A DNA stretch of 64,000 bases from Alkalispirochaeta sp. (GTDB taxonomy: Bacteria; Spirochaetota; Spirochaetia; DSM-27196; Alkalispirochaetaceae), in contig CBDESZ010000025.1 in assembly GCA_965242725.1 (NCBI GenBank), positions 320,001 to 384,000 of the forward strand, read 5' to 3'. The position numbers were made by a program, and so were the translations under genes. Positions 13,372 through 23,000 of the stretch are shown one piece after another. The stretch's first letter is position 1, and the number at the start of each line of letters is the position of its first letter. The notes beneath the pieces were generated by a model that was not told where the DNA came from, searched no databases, and worked only from the letters and a program-made list of their open reading frames with translations.

Positions 13372-13400
13372 TTGTCAATATTCCCTGCGGAGTCTATTCT
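13372..13400 (+). promoter_or_regulatory. putative sigma70 promoter of cheW
   Basis: TTGTCA-N17-TATTCT. Confidence 0.5.
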
Positions 13401-13419
13401 TAGTACACGGAAGGACAGA

Positions 13420-13899
13420 ATGAGCGACCTACAAGACGACATACAACTGGTCACGTTTCAATTGGGTGCCGAGTATTACGGCATCGATATTATGCAGGTA
13501 AAAAGCATTGAAGAATCAAAGGATGTGCGGGCAATCCCGAACTCACCCGGCTATGTTGAAGGAATATTCAACCTCCGCGGTGAAATCATCCCGGTAATAA
13601 ATCTTCATAGAAGATTCCATTTGAAGCGGGCCGATCTCAGTGAAGAGGATCAGTTGCTCAGTGGCTTCCTGATAATTCGATTAAACGGCATGCACGTGGC
13701 GATTATCATTGATAAGGTATCCCGTGTTCTCACCGTTCCTGCAAAAGACATTCAGCAGCCACCACAAATGATCTCCGGTATCGGTGCGGAGTACATTGAA
13801 GGTGTGGTCCATCAGGACGAAGGCTATCTTATCATTCTGGATATCGATCGGCTCTTCAATCTGCGCGAATTGGAAACTCTCGGCGCGATAGTTCATTAA
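13420..13899 (+). CDS. cheW: chemotaxis coupling protein CheW
   Basis: QLVTFQLG.E.YGIDI..V..I, GIFNLRGEIIPVINL, IIIDKV. Confidence 0.95.
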   Translation: MSDLQDDIQLVTFQLGAEYYGIDIMQVKSIEESKDVRAIPNSPGYVEGIFNLRGEIIPVINLHRRFHLKRADLSEEDQLLSGFLIIRLNGMHVAIIIDKVSRVLTVPAKDIQQPPQMISGIGAEYIEGVVHQDEGYLIILDIDRLFNLRELETLGAIVH

Positions 13900-13912
13900 C
13901 GGAAACGGCTTC

Positions 13913-14971
13913 ATGATACCTCTGTTCCGACCTACCATTCGTCGTGCCGACATGGACGCGGTACTGTCGCGTCTCGCCGAAGACGAGATCGGCGCCGGCG
14001 TCCTGTCTCGGGAATTCTCTCAGAGTGTGGCAAAATATGTCGGGAAGCGGAGTGGAGTCGCCTTCAGGAGCTTCGGGCGCGCCCTCGCGGCGGCGGCACG
14101 GGCTCTGGGGCCCGCAACGCACCGTGTCGGTGTCTCCGTCCTTGCGTCGGAATCGGTGGAGCACGTTTTTGAACAGGAGGGGTGGGAAGTCGTTCCCATC
14201 GATACCGACCGTCAGTTGCCGATCTTGCCGTCTCCCCTCGATTTTGACTATGAAACATTGGAGCTGTCGGCGCTGTATGTCGACACACGGCTGGGATACG
14301 TCCCGGACCTCGAGAATCTGCGTCAACTTCGTATTCCGCTTATTGAGGACATCTCCGAGGGTCTCGGCGGAAATACGGGAGTCTCCAAAGTCGGCAGCGT
14401 CGGAGAACTGACGCTTATCAACCTGGAACCGGAAAACATCGTCACTGCCGGTGGCGGTGCAATCGTCATTACAAGCAATACCCGGCATGTGTCGCGCCTG
14501 TCGGGATGGGTAGACGTAAAAATCGGTGAACCGCCCCTTCCCGATATGAATGCGGCTCTGGGGATCACCCAGCTCAAGCAGATCGAAACATTTATCGAAC
14601 GGCGTCGTGACGCGGCGGCACGGTTCGTGCGGACCCTGCAACGGGGACGCTATCGTGTACCCCTGCAGGGGGGAGACGGTGACAATGTTTTTTTCGCGCT
14701 TCCCGTCATGATCGATTCATCTCCCCGGGAGATAGAAAAATACGCACACGGCCACGGTGTGTTTGCGCAGAGAGCGTTTACCGAAACATTGCTTGCGTCG
14801 TTGTCTCTTGCGGGAGGAGACGAGGAGAGTCAGCTCGCGAGCGACGATATTTCCGCCCGATTTCCAAATGGAATAGCCTTTTCATCACAAATGGTTCTTT
14901 TCCCGCTGTTCCCGACGCTCAGTAAAGGCCAGCAGGAGCGAATTGAAAAAGTTCTCGCCACGTTGCCGTAA
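13913..14971 (+). CDS. DegT/DnrJ/EryC1/StrS-fold protein, apparently lacking the PLP lysine
   Basis: MIPLFRP, IEDISEGLG, TAGGGAI, NAALGITQLKQI, LFPLFPTLS...ERI. Confidence 0.75.
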   Translation: MIPLFRPTIRRADMDAVLSRLAEDEIGAGVLSREFSQSVAKYVGKRSGVAFRSFGRALAAAARALGPATHRVGVSVLASESVEHVFEQEGWEVVPIDTDRQLPILPSPLDFDYETLELSALYVDTRLGYVPDLENLRQLRIPLIEDISEGLGGNTGVSKVGSVGELTLINLEPENIVTAGGGAIVITSNTRHVSRLSGWVDVKIGEPPLPDMNAALGITQLKQIETFIERRRDAAARFVRTLQRGRYRVPLQGGDGDNVFFALPVMIDSSPREIEKYAHGHGVFAQRAFTETLLASLSLAGGDEESQLASDDISARFPNGIAFSSQMVLFPLFPTLSKGQQERIEKVLATLP

Positions 14972-14995
14972 TATTTCGTTTGATCTTTTTGAAGC

Positions 14996-15024
14996 TTTAC
15001 GGTCCGTGACGGCGTGAGTATAGT
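14996..15024 (+). promoter_or_regulatory. putative sigma70 promoter of nadK-recN
   Basis: TTTACG-N17-TATAGT. Confidence 0.45.
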
Positions 15025-15052
15025 TGACCGAGGATCGAAAACAAAGGAAACG

Positions 15053-15910
15053 ATGACGAAAGAACTGAAGTCCGTACTGATTATCGCCAACACCGGGAAA
15101 CCCGGCGCCCAGGCGCTCTCCGAAGAGATCCAGCGACAACTTGATATGCGGGGAATCACCGTCACCGTTTTTTCCTATGTCGGTGTTGCCAACGAGATGC
15201 CTCATAAAGACGGACATGACCTGGCGATAACTCTCGGTGGTGATGGTACGGTGTTGTTTGCCAGCCGCGTTCTTGCGGGGTACGACGTGCCGATACTTCC
15301 GGTGAATCTCGGCGATTTCGGGTTTATCAGTGAAGTCGGTCACGATGAATGGCAGAACGCCCTTGACTCATTTATACGCGGGGACATCGAGGCGGGGTCC
15401 AGGCTCGTACTTGACGTATGTGTCGTACGCGACGGTGAAGAACTCTGTGCGTTTCGTGGACTTAACGACGCGGTTGTCTCATCGGAAGGAATATCCCGAA
15501 TGGTCAGGCTGGACGTGCGACTCAGCAACCAGAGGATCGGGAAATACCGTGCCGACGGCGTCATTGTGGCGACGCCTACGGGGTCGACGGCGTATTCCGT
15601 CGCCGCCGGCGGTCCTATCCTCCACCCGGAGATGAACGCCATGATATTGAATCCCATCTGTCCGTTCACGCTCTCCCACCGGCCTTTAGTTTTGCCGGAA
15701 GATGAGGTTATATCGATCACTCTCGATCCGGCGCAGCGGTCAAACGTCGCCCTGACCGTGGACGGCCAGAGCCTTACTTCACTTGAGTCGGGTGATTCCG
15801 TGCGGATCAGGGCCAGTGAGCGACGGGCGCATATTATTCGTTCCAACAGGAGAACCTTTTACGAAGTCTTGCGGAACAAGCTTAACTGGTCCGGAGGACC
15901 CGGTGATTGA
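15053..15910 (+). CDS. nadK: NAD kinase
   Basis: GGDGT, LND, DGVIVATPTGSTAYSVAAGGP. Confidence 0.96.
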   Translation: MTKELKSVLIIANTGKPGAQALSEEIQRQLDMRGITVTVFSYVGVANEMPHKDGHDLAITLGGDGTVLFASRVLAGYDVPILPVNLGDFGFISEVGHDEWQNALDSFIRGDIEAGSRLVLDVCVVRDGEELCAFRGLNDAVVSSEGISRMVRLDVRLSNQRIGKYRADGVIVATPTGSTAYSVAAGGPILHPEMNAMILNPICPFTLSHRPLVLPEDEVISITLDPAQRSNVALTVDGQSLTSLESGDSVRIRASERRAHIIRSNRRTFYEVLRNKLNWSGGPGD

Positions 15911-17600
15911 ACGACTCAGCGTCCGTAACTTCATTCTCGTCGAATCACTGGAACTGAACTTTACGGCGGGATTCAATGTGTTGACCGGTGAAACCGGTGC
16001 AGGAAAAAGCATCCTCGTCGGCGCTCTCTCCGTCCTCTTCGGCGGCAAGGGAGGGCCCGACCTCGTCCGCGACGGCGCCGATGAGGCGTCGGTGGCGGGA
16101 GAGTTTTTTGTCGGAAATCACCGGCCGGGAACGGAGTGGCTTGACGACCACGGGATCTCACCTGAAGAGGGAAGAATCCTCCTCCGGCGAACGTTGAAAA
16201 CATCGGGACGGGGAACGATATATATCGGATCCACGCCGGCGACTCTGGCGGAACTCGAGGAGTTTGCCGGTCTGCTTCTGGATCTTCACAGTCAACACGA
16301 GCATCAGTCGCTCTTCTCTGAAACGCACCATCGCAGGATTATCGATCGATTTGCCGGGATAGAGGAGGCGGTAGAGGAGTTTCGGAGCCGCTTTACCGAG
16401 CTTTCGGAGCTCCAGAACCGTCTCAAGGAAATTACGGCGCAGGAGCGGGAACGGTTGCGGGAAATCGAAATGCTTGAGTTCTCCTCATCCGAAATTGAGT
16501 CTGCAGGTATACGTGAGGGCGAAATTGAAGAACTTGAAGGCGAACGTGAACGAATGGTGCAGTTTGAGAAACTGGTCGAACACATTCGGAGTGTTCTCGA
16601 ACTCCTCGACGGAGAAGAACTCTCCGCCCTGTCGTTTCTGAAGCGTCTGAGACAGGAGTTTTCTGCCATTGCCCGGATTGACGACGGGCTGGAAGGGGAA
16701 CGTCAGCGCCTGGAAAGCACGTATTTCGAACTCGAGGACATTTCGCAGATTATTACCGAATACCAGCAGGAGCTGGTATTCGACGCCGACCGGCTTGAGC
16801 AGATAGAAGATCGTCTGGCGCTTCTCAGGAGACTGTCCCGTAAATACGGTGAGACCGAGCGGGAGATGCTGGCGTATGTCGAGGAGAGTCGGCAGCGCCT
16901 GGAAGAGCTGAAAGGACAGGAAGCGAGCAAGGGGAATCTGCAATCGAAGATTTCCGACCTGGAGCAGTGGATCACCCAGGAAGCGAAAACGCTCCATCGC
17001 CAGCGCGTCGCGTCGGCGGAGTCCCTGCGCCACAAGATAGAAGAAGTACTTCACGATCTCGCCATGGGCCAGGGGGAGTTTCAGGTCGCCATCGATACGA
17101 GAACCACCGAGGGCGGAAAACTCGTATGCGGGCCGTCCGGCGCCGACAAGGTCAGATTTCTCATGAGCACCAATCCCGGAATTTCGCCGCAACCACTCGT
17201 GAAGATCGCGTCAGGTGGTGAACTTTCCCGCGTGATGCTGGCGATAAAGACGGTCGTTGCCGAAGTGGACGACGTACGGTCGCTTATATTTGACGAAATT
17301 GACACGGGAATCGGCGGACAGGTCGCACTGGCCATTGCGGCTCATTTGTCGAAACTGTCACGACATAGTCAGGTTATTTCAATTACACATCTTGCGACTA
17401 TCGCGGTTCGTGCCGATAATCATATCGTTGTGGAAAAAAATGCGATAGCAGGTAAAGCGGTCATCTCTACCAGGAAAGTCAGCGGAGACGACCGGGTCAG
17501 GGAAATCGCGCGAATGCTTGCGGGAGAACAGGAAGAAGAGTCGGGCGTCGAGCATGCCCGCACGCTTCTGGACCGGTATTGGGGAAACGGCCATGGCTAA
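15903..17600 (+). CDS. recN: DNA repair protein RecN
   Basis: LTGETGAGKS, coiled coil, ASGGELSRVMLA, IFDEIDTGIGG; GTG start overlapping the nadK end. Confidence 0.96.
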   Translation: MIERLSVRNFILVESLELNFTAGFNVLTGETGAGKSILVGALSVLFGGKGGPDLVRDGADEASVAGEFFVGNHRPGTEWLDDHGISPEEGRILLRRTLKTSGRGTIYIGSTPATLAELEEFAGLLLDLHSQHEHQSLFSETHHRRIIDRFAGIEEAVEEFRSRFTELSELQNRLKEITAQERERLREIEMLEFSSSEIESAGIREGEIEELEGERERMVQFEKLVEHIRSVLELLDGEELSALSFLKRLRQEFSAIARIDDGLEGERQRLESTYFELEDISQIITEYQQELVFDADRLEQIEDRLALLRRLSRKYGETEREMLAYVEESRQRLEELKGQEASKGNLQSKISDLEQWITQEAKTLHRQRVASAESLRHKIEEVLHDLAMGQGEFQVAIDTRTTEGGKLVCGPSGADKVRFLMSTNPGISPQPLVKIASGGELSRVMLAIKTVVAEVDDVRSLIFDEIDTGIGGQVALAIAAHLSKLSRHSQVISITHLATIAVRADNHIVVEKNAIAGKAVISTRKVSGDDRVREIARMLAGEQEEESGVEHARTLLDRYWGNGHG

Positions 17601-18402
17601 GATAAGCAATGAAGCCCGACAACAATATTTCGAGCGTATCAAGGCGTATAAGCAGACTGCGGAAGCGATCATGCAGCGCGAAAAGAGCCTTCTGCGTATC
17701 GTCAAGGGACAGACCACCGGCGCCGCGTACAAATACATCGCCCTTGCGGAAGATCGACTGAACCTGGCCTCCTATTTTCTCCTTCAGAATGCGCTGTCTC
17801 TGACGCTCCTGGGGGTAAAAAACGACGCCTATCTCAATGATGCACGAAAAAGCTGTTATCAGGCGGTGATTTATCTTGAAGAGGTTGTATCCAACTATAT
17901 CGATGTCCCCTTTTCAGACTATTCAGACCTCCTGGAGGAGATCGACGGCTACGAGGACGACAAGCGCTACCATCTCATCAGGAAAATCGGATTTACCATT
18001 CACGCGGTTGAAGAGGCGTACGGACCGAATTCAAAATGGCGGTGGTCCTTTGTAGAGCTGGAAGGCCGCTTTACGGCAGTGGCAAAGAACATGCTCAACT
18101 TCAAGACCTTTGTGGCCCAGATGGACCCGTCCATAGAAGGGTATCCGTCACGAATGGGTCATCTGGAACTGGTGCAAAGTCTGCTCAATCAGGCGGCGGA
18201 TCGGTATCGTGAAAAGTATGAACTTTCAACGTCGCGGATTGATGATTTCAAGAAGGCGATCGCCTTCCTTGCAGCGTTAAAGCGGATATATACGATATTC
18301 GGCGAAGCGGAAAAAGCGGAGGGTATCAAACGTAAAATGGACGTTTGGAAATCCAAAATGGAGGCGGACGAGAAAGCCCATTCCAAGAAGAAGAGCGTGT
18401 AG
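17593..18402 (+). CDS. conserved spirochaete-type helical hypothetical protein
   Basis: 269-aa helical ORF overlapping the recN stop. Confidence 0.75.
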   Translation: MAKISNEARQQYFERIKAYKQTAEAIMQREKSLLRIVKGQTTGAAYKYIALAEDRLNLASYFLLQNALSLTLLGVKNDAYLNDARKSCYQAVIYLEEVVSNYIDVPFSDYSDLLEEIDGYEDDKRYHLIRKIGFTIHAVEEAYGPNSKWRWSFVELEGRFTAVAKNMLNFKTFVAQMDPSIEGYPSRMGHLELVQSLLNQAADRYREKYELSTSRIDDFKKAIAFLAALKRIYTIFGEAEKAEGIKRKMDVWKSKMEADEKAHSKKKSV

Positions 18403-18407
18403 CATCC

Positions 18408-19505
18408 GTGCGTTCCGTCGTGTCCTATCTTATTCTCTTCATTGCCGCATTGATCGTTGCCGTCGCTGTCCCACGTATCGTATCGCAGGAACCCCACTGG
18501 ATCACCGTATGGGATTATGTCATCTCACCGACTTCCGGTTCCCCCTCTCTTGACGGAAATGAACCCATTCTGCCGGTCATCGTGGAATCGGACCGAGGAT
18601 TTGCCGCGTTGGACGGTGAAACGGGTACGCCCATCCAATCCGGCATCAAGGCGGACCTCCACGGGATATCGCCCTTTGCATTCATCAATCAGCCCGATGA
18701 TGCCGAGCGGTGGGTGCTTCAGTACTGGTCCGGCAGTCCGCCGCGGTTCGTGGATCGTCTCGGACGTCCCGAGGTGGATGGTCGATTTCTCCTGCAACTT
18801 GATGATTCACAAACGCTGCATATACAGGACGTCGTTGAGAACGGCAGTCTCGCCGTTCCGCTCCCGCCGGCAACGACGGTATTTGACATTTGCGACAGCT
18901 GTCAGGAGACGAACGTGCTTACCGCGACCCTGCGTGGTGAAATAGCGCTCCATTCCGCGGGCGGGTCGGAACTCTCCCTTGGGTCAACGCTGCGTTCTTC
19001 CTTTCCCGATTCAGTGCCCGTCGTATATGGCGCGGAATGGATCGATGCCGGGACGATCGTCCTGCTCTACGGACGTGACCCCCAGTGGCTGGTAACGGTA
19101 CGAACCCCGGCCGGAGAGGAAGACGGTGAAATACTCCACGCCGTCGAGATTCCCCGGGAGCAATCGGTGAATTACGGGGTCGACGTCGTCGTTTCAGCGG
19201 CGACGGGACTGATAACCGTCCCGGTGACCGGACATTTCCTCCTTTTAGATCCCCTCACAGGAGAGGCTTCAACGATAACTCTCGGCGGCTCTCCGGACCG
19301 GGTATACGCCGGTCATACCGACGCCTTTCCCGTCTACTCCGGCGCGGTAAACGGTGGAGTGGCCGTTACCCTTGGAGGTGACGACGGAAATCGCCGGCTC
19401 TCATGGCGTTGGACGGGAGTGGAACACGCGGGCAGCGTCCATTCGCCGTACCGGTTGCTGGTACGGCGCGGTGACCGGATTATCGCCCTGGGGATCCGCC
19501 GATGA
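18408..19505 (+). CDS. membrane-anchored or exported hypothetical protein (beta-rich, possibly propeller)
   Basis: N-terminal hydrophobic segment, then beta-strand-like repeats; ATGA overlap with the next ORF. Confidence 0.65.
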   Translation: MRSVVSYLILFIAALIVAVAVPRIVSQEPHWITVWDYVISPTSGSPSLDGNEPILPVIVESDRGFAALDGETGTPIQSGIKADLHGISPFAFINQPDDAERWVLQYWSGSPPRFVDRLGRPEVDGRFLLQLDDSQTLHIQDVVENGSLAVPLPPATTVFDICDSCQETNVLTATLRGEIALHSAGGSELSLGSTLRSSFPDSVPVVYGAEWIDAGTIVLLYGRDPQWLVTVRTPAGEEDGEILHAVEIPREQSVNYGVDVVVSAATGLITVPVTGHFLLLDPLTGEASTITLGGSPDRVYAGHTDAFPVYSGAVNGGVAVTLGGDDGNRRLSWRWTGVEHAGSVHSPYRLLVRRGDRIIALGIRR

Positions 19506-20344
19506 ACGTGTTCATCATGGTCCTTTTCGCTCTGTGGGTAGGACAATCCGCCCCGGCTTGGGAGTGGCCTATCGCGGAGGGAGACGGGGTGGATCTGTCG
19601 GTCATGACCGAACGTGCGGCAGCCGAAGCCGGAGTCTTCCGGTTTCGCGTTACCGGTGACGGGGGGCGTGATGTTTCCGTTGTCACCCCGACAGAGGGTG
19701 ACGTCATATACCGTGGGCCCGTTTTCCGCGCGACCGCTCCCAGTCCACCGATCCTTCCCGACGTACCGTCTCTGGTGGTACGGACGACGGAGGAGTTCTG
19801 GGTGATTCAGCATATTCACGGTTCGACGTTCCGTCGATCCGAAGAGACCGTCCTCTTGACCGTAGGAGGAGGGTACATTTTGGGACGGGCCCCGTCCTTT
19901 TCATTTTCTCTGTATGACGCCCGGAATAACCGGTATGTCAATCCCCGTGCCGTGCTTCCCCTGACCGACGCCGTCGGACGTGAGCGGATGCCCGAGATCA
20001 GACTTGTACAAAACAATGCATATGTCACGGCAGCGAATCTGGCTCCCGGACCAATAGAGTTCGTCGTACCCCTGAACGATTCGATACTTCCGTACATGCC
20101 TCGTTCGATTTCGATTTCAAGAAACGGGAATGAAGTGGCTTTTAGAGAATTCATCTTTGCGGACGAAGTGGTGGGATCCGTGTCACCCTCCCGGAGGTGG
20201 CTTGTCCTCGGATCGGCCGATGTTACCGCAGGGGGAGGGCGTTTTCTTGTTGAAGGGGTGCGTTTTGACGGGTCCGTTACAACCCGGTATATCGACTACA
20301 CCGTACCCGCACCCGCCATGGAAGAGGAAATCGGCGCCCCTTGA
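19502..20344 (+). CDS. exported protein with degenerate M23/LytM-like domain
   Basis: signal peptide, WEWP, GVDL, EGDVIY, YVNPRAVLP; metal-binding His residues absent. Confidence 0.5.
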   Translation: MNVFIMVLFALWVGQSAPAWEWPIAEGDGVDLSVMTERAAAEAGVFRFRVTGDGGRDVSVVTPTEGDVIYRGPVFRATAPSPPILPDVPSLVVRTTEEFWVIQHIHGSTFRRSEETVLLTVGGGYILGRAPSFSFSLYDARNNRYVNPRAVLPLTDAVGRERMPEIRLVQNNAYVTAANLAPGPIEFVVPLNDSILPYMPRSISISRNGNEVAFREFIFADEVVGSVSPSRRWLVLGSADVTAGGGRFLVEGVRFDGSVTTRYIDYTVPAPAMEEEIGAP

Positions 20345-20369
20345 CACTCGGAGAGGCATTTCCCACAAT
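20341..20369 (+). promoter_or_regulatory. putative sigma70 promoter of DUF4912-GH57
   Basis: TTGACA-N17-CACAAT. Confidence 0.55.
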
Positions 20370-20395
20370 CAGGCAATGCTTCTGGAGTTCCCTGC

Positions 20396-21100
20396 ATGAT
20401 TCGTACCCGGCTGGAGGAGCTGTCGATCGAGGGCTTATTGCTCGTTGCATCGCAGAACGGCCTTGAACCGGACCCCGATGTGGATCGAGACTATCTGATC
20501 GGACAGCTCGTAGACATCATTCGCGAAAACCGGGAAGAGCGCGAGGCCGGTAACAGTAAAACGGTACGAATCCAACAGAAAAAATTCTCTATCATTCACG
20601 ACGATGAGGCTCCTCCGACGGAAAACCTCCTCGATGGGTTCACCCTTCCGGACCACTATGAGACTAACCGCATTACTTTGATGCTCCGGGACCCCCACTG
20701 GGCGTATACCTATTGGGATCTCAGTACCGTCAAGGCGCGGGAGTATCAGAGTTCGACAAGATTTGACGGTATGTTTCTGCGGGTCCTCCAGCTGGACGGA
20801 GCTTCAGAAGATCTGCGCATACGGGACTCATTTGAAATACCCGTACAAATCGATGATACGAGCTGGTACATATATCTACCGCGGCTGGAATCGTACTATC
20901 GCATTCAGCTTGTCGCAAAAAACAACCATCGTCGTGAACTCCTCGCAGTTTCAAACGAGGTATATGTTCCCCGCGGCCGACTGCCTTTTACACCGGAAGA
21001 GATGGATACTCACAGGATGGCGCTCTATGAATTGTGTGGCCTCGAGTATTTGGAAGTGCCTCCCTTTGGTGATGATCATGACGAACGTATTCGTTCATAG
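20396..21100 (+). CDS. DUF4912 domain protein
   Basis: LPDHYETNRITLMLRDPHWAYTYWDL...SWYI...LAVSNEVYVPR; Rho-N-like N-terminus. Confidence 0.85.
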   Translation: MIRTRLEELSIEGLLLVASQNGLEPDPDVDRDYLIGQLVDIIRENREEREAGNSKTVRIQQKKFSIIHDDEAPPTENLLDGFTLPDHYETNRITLMLRDPHWAYTYWDLSTVKAREYQSSTRFDGMFLRVLQLDGASEDLRIRDSFEIPVQIDDTSWYIYLPRLESYYRIQLVAKNNHRRELLAVSNEVYVPRGRLPFTPEEMDTHRMALYELCGLEYLEVPPFGDDHDERIRS

Positions 21101-21136
21101 CGGATCACCCGTTGGCTAAGGAGTAACGTACAGACT

Positions 21137-22756
21137 ATGGGCAATTCGATTCTGCTGCTGCATTCACATTTACCCCTCGTTCGCCATCCGGAGTACGAAT
21201 CCTTCCTGGAAGAACGGTGGTTTTTTGAAGCCGTGAGCGAGACGTACCTTCCGCTGCTGCGGGTATTTTCACGGCTCGAGGCTGAGGAAATTCCCTTTTC
21301 GCTCGCCATGTCATTTTCTCCCACGCTGAGCTTCATGCTTCAGGACTCCTTTCTCCTTGGGCGCTACGCCCAGTATCTCGAAAAAAATATAACCCTTGCA
21401 GAACGCGAACTGGACCGCACCCGCTCCGATTCCCGATTACATCGTCTCGCCCGGATGTACCACGACCGGTACTCCCGGGATTTGGACGATTTGCATGAAA
21501 CCTACGAGGGAAATGTCCTCAAGGGATTCGATTACTTCGCGAAACGGGGACACCTGGAGCTTCTGACGACGGCGGGAACTCACGCCTTTCTGCCCAATTA
21601 TCGCCAGTATCCGGAAGTTGTCCGTACCCAGCTTGAGCTTGGTATGGAGAGCCATCGCAGGTTCTTTTCAACCAACTCCCGGGGATTGTGGCTGCCCGAG
21701 TGCGGATACTATGAAGGACTCGATGAACTGATCGGGGAATGCGGTTTCGATTATTATGTCAGTGCCGCTCACGGCGTGATTTTTGGAGAGCCCCAGCCGC
21801 AGAACGGCACGTACGCTCCCATACAGACGCCGGCGGGTGTCGCGGCGTTTCCCCGTGATGTCTATACCGCCACATGGGTTTGGTCGTCGGAACAGGGGTA
21901 TCCCGCCGATCCGGTGTACAGGGATTTTTACCGGGACATCGGGTACGACCTGCCGCTCGATTACATTCGACCGTTCATTCATGAAAACGGAATTCGTATC
22001 GATACGGGGTTCAAGTATCATGCGATCACCGGTGGAACTGCAGACAAGATCCTCTACGATCCCGATGCGGCTCGTGAAAAGGTAAAGGAACATGCGAAGG
22101 AGTTTGTTCTTAAACAGACGGAGCACATCGGGCGGCTGAAAGAGGTGATCCCTTCAGTACCGGTCATTACGAGCCCCTATGACACTGAACTTTTCGGTCA
22201 CTGGTGGTTTGAGGGACCACAGTGGATAGAGGAGATCTTTCGGGTAGTCGACAGAAGGAGGCGCGGCGGAGAAGAGGTTGTCACCTTTACGACGCCTTCC
22301 CAGTATCTCAAATCATTCGGAGCCGCCGAGACGATCAAACCTACCTTCTCAAGTTGGGGGAGCCGCGGGTACGCGGAAGTGTGGTTGGACGGCACCAACG
22401 ACTGGGTCTATCGCCACACCCATCAGGCAATCGAGCGTATGGCGGAGCTTGTGGCCCGTTTTCCCGATGAAGGGGGACTCAAGGAACGCGCCCTCAATCA
22501 GGCGGCACGGGAAGTGCTCCTGAGCATGGCTTCCGACTGGCCATTTATCATGAACGCCCGGACAGTCGTTCCCTATGCGGAACGGCGCATTAAAGAGCAT
22601 CTGCTGAACTTCACCCGCGTCTATGAAGCGCTGTCGCAGCGGAATATGGGAACCGAATGGCTCACCGCGGTCGAAAAGAAGCATCCCATTTTCCCCGATT
22701 TCAATTACCGGCGGATGAAACTTCCCACGACGGAGCAAATCAGACACCTCGTCTGA
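21137..22756 (+). CDS. GH57 1,4-alpha-glucan branching enzyme (with DUF1957-type C-terminus)
   Basis: HSHLP, ETYLPLL, GLWLPECGY (nucleophile Glu), PYDTELFGHWWFEGP (acid/base Asp), ASDWPF. Confidence 0.9.
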   Translation: MGNSILLLHSHLPLVRHPEYESFLEERWFFEAVSETYLPLLRVFSRLEAEEIPFSLAMSFSPTLSFMLQDSFLLGRYAQYLEKNITLAERELDRTRSDSRLHRLARMYHDRYSRDLDDLHETYEGNVLKGFDYFAKRGHLELLTTAGTHAFLPNYRQYPEVVRTQLELGMESHRRFFSTNSRGLWLPECGYYEGLDELIGECGFDYYVSAAHGVIFGEPQPQNGTYAPIQTPAGVAAFPRDVYTATWVWSSEQGYPADPVYRDFYRDIGYDLPLDYIRPFIHENGIRIDTGFKYHAITGGTADKILYDPDAAREKVKEHAKEFVLKQTEHIGRLKEVIPSVPVITSPYDTELFGHWWFEGPQWIEEIFRVVDRRRRGGEEVVTFTTPSQYLKSFGAAETIKPTFSSWGSRGYAEVWLDGTNDWVYRHTHQAIERMAELVARFPDEGGLKERALNQAAREVLLSMASDWPFIMNARTVVPYAERRIKEHLLNFTRVYEALSQRNMGTEWLTAVEKKHPIFPDFNYRRMKLPTTEQIRHLV

Positions 22757-22919
22757 GCTTTTCCCGACGTTCCGTAGCGCATTTTGCGATAACCTCCCTG
22801 TTTCTTCTCTCTTTCGGCTGGGTAGCGCAATAAACGCCCCCGCCACCCCCGACCTAATCGTCTGTTAAGTACTTCTCTCTCCCGGATTCTTATTTTTAAA
22901 GGAATTCTGTCTACAAAGA

Positions 22920-22947
22920 TTGACATTACCCATGGGTGGTCTACTAT
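22920..22947 (+). promoter_or_regulatory. dcw (Pmra) promoter
   Basis: TTGACA-N16-TACTAT in an AT-rich stretch. Confidence 0.6.
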
Positions 22948-22954
22948 ATAACAG

Positions 22955-22992
22955 GTGTGGGAAAAAGTGGGAAAATTTAGGGGAAAGTGGTA
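22955..22992 (+). promoter_or_regulatory. MraZ-binding direct repeats
   Basis: GTGG at 22957, 22967 and 22987 (10-bp period; 22977 slot degenerate) just upstream of mraZ. Confidence 0.75.
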
Positions 22993-23000
22993 GATAAGGG

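Noticed and set aside
22705..22830. Minus-strand AGGGAGG plus small ORF MRYGTSGKAQ..., and a repeated GTAGCGCA in the GH57-mraZ gap
   Set aside because: Overlaps the GH57 3' end antisense; no recognisable product or riboswitch fold; an 8-bp repeat can arise by chance
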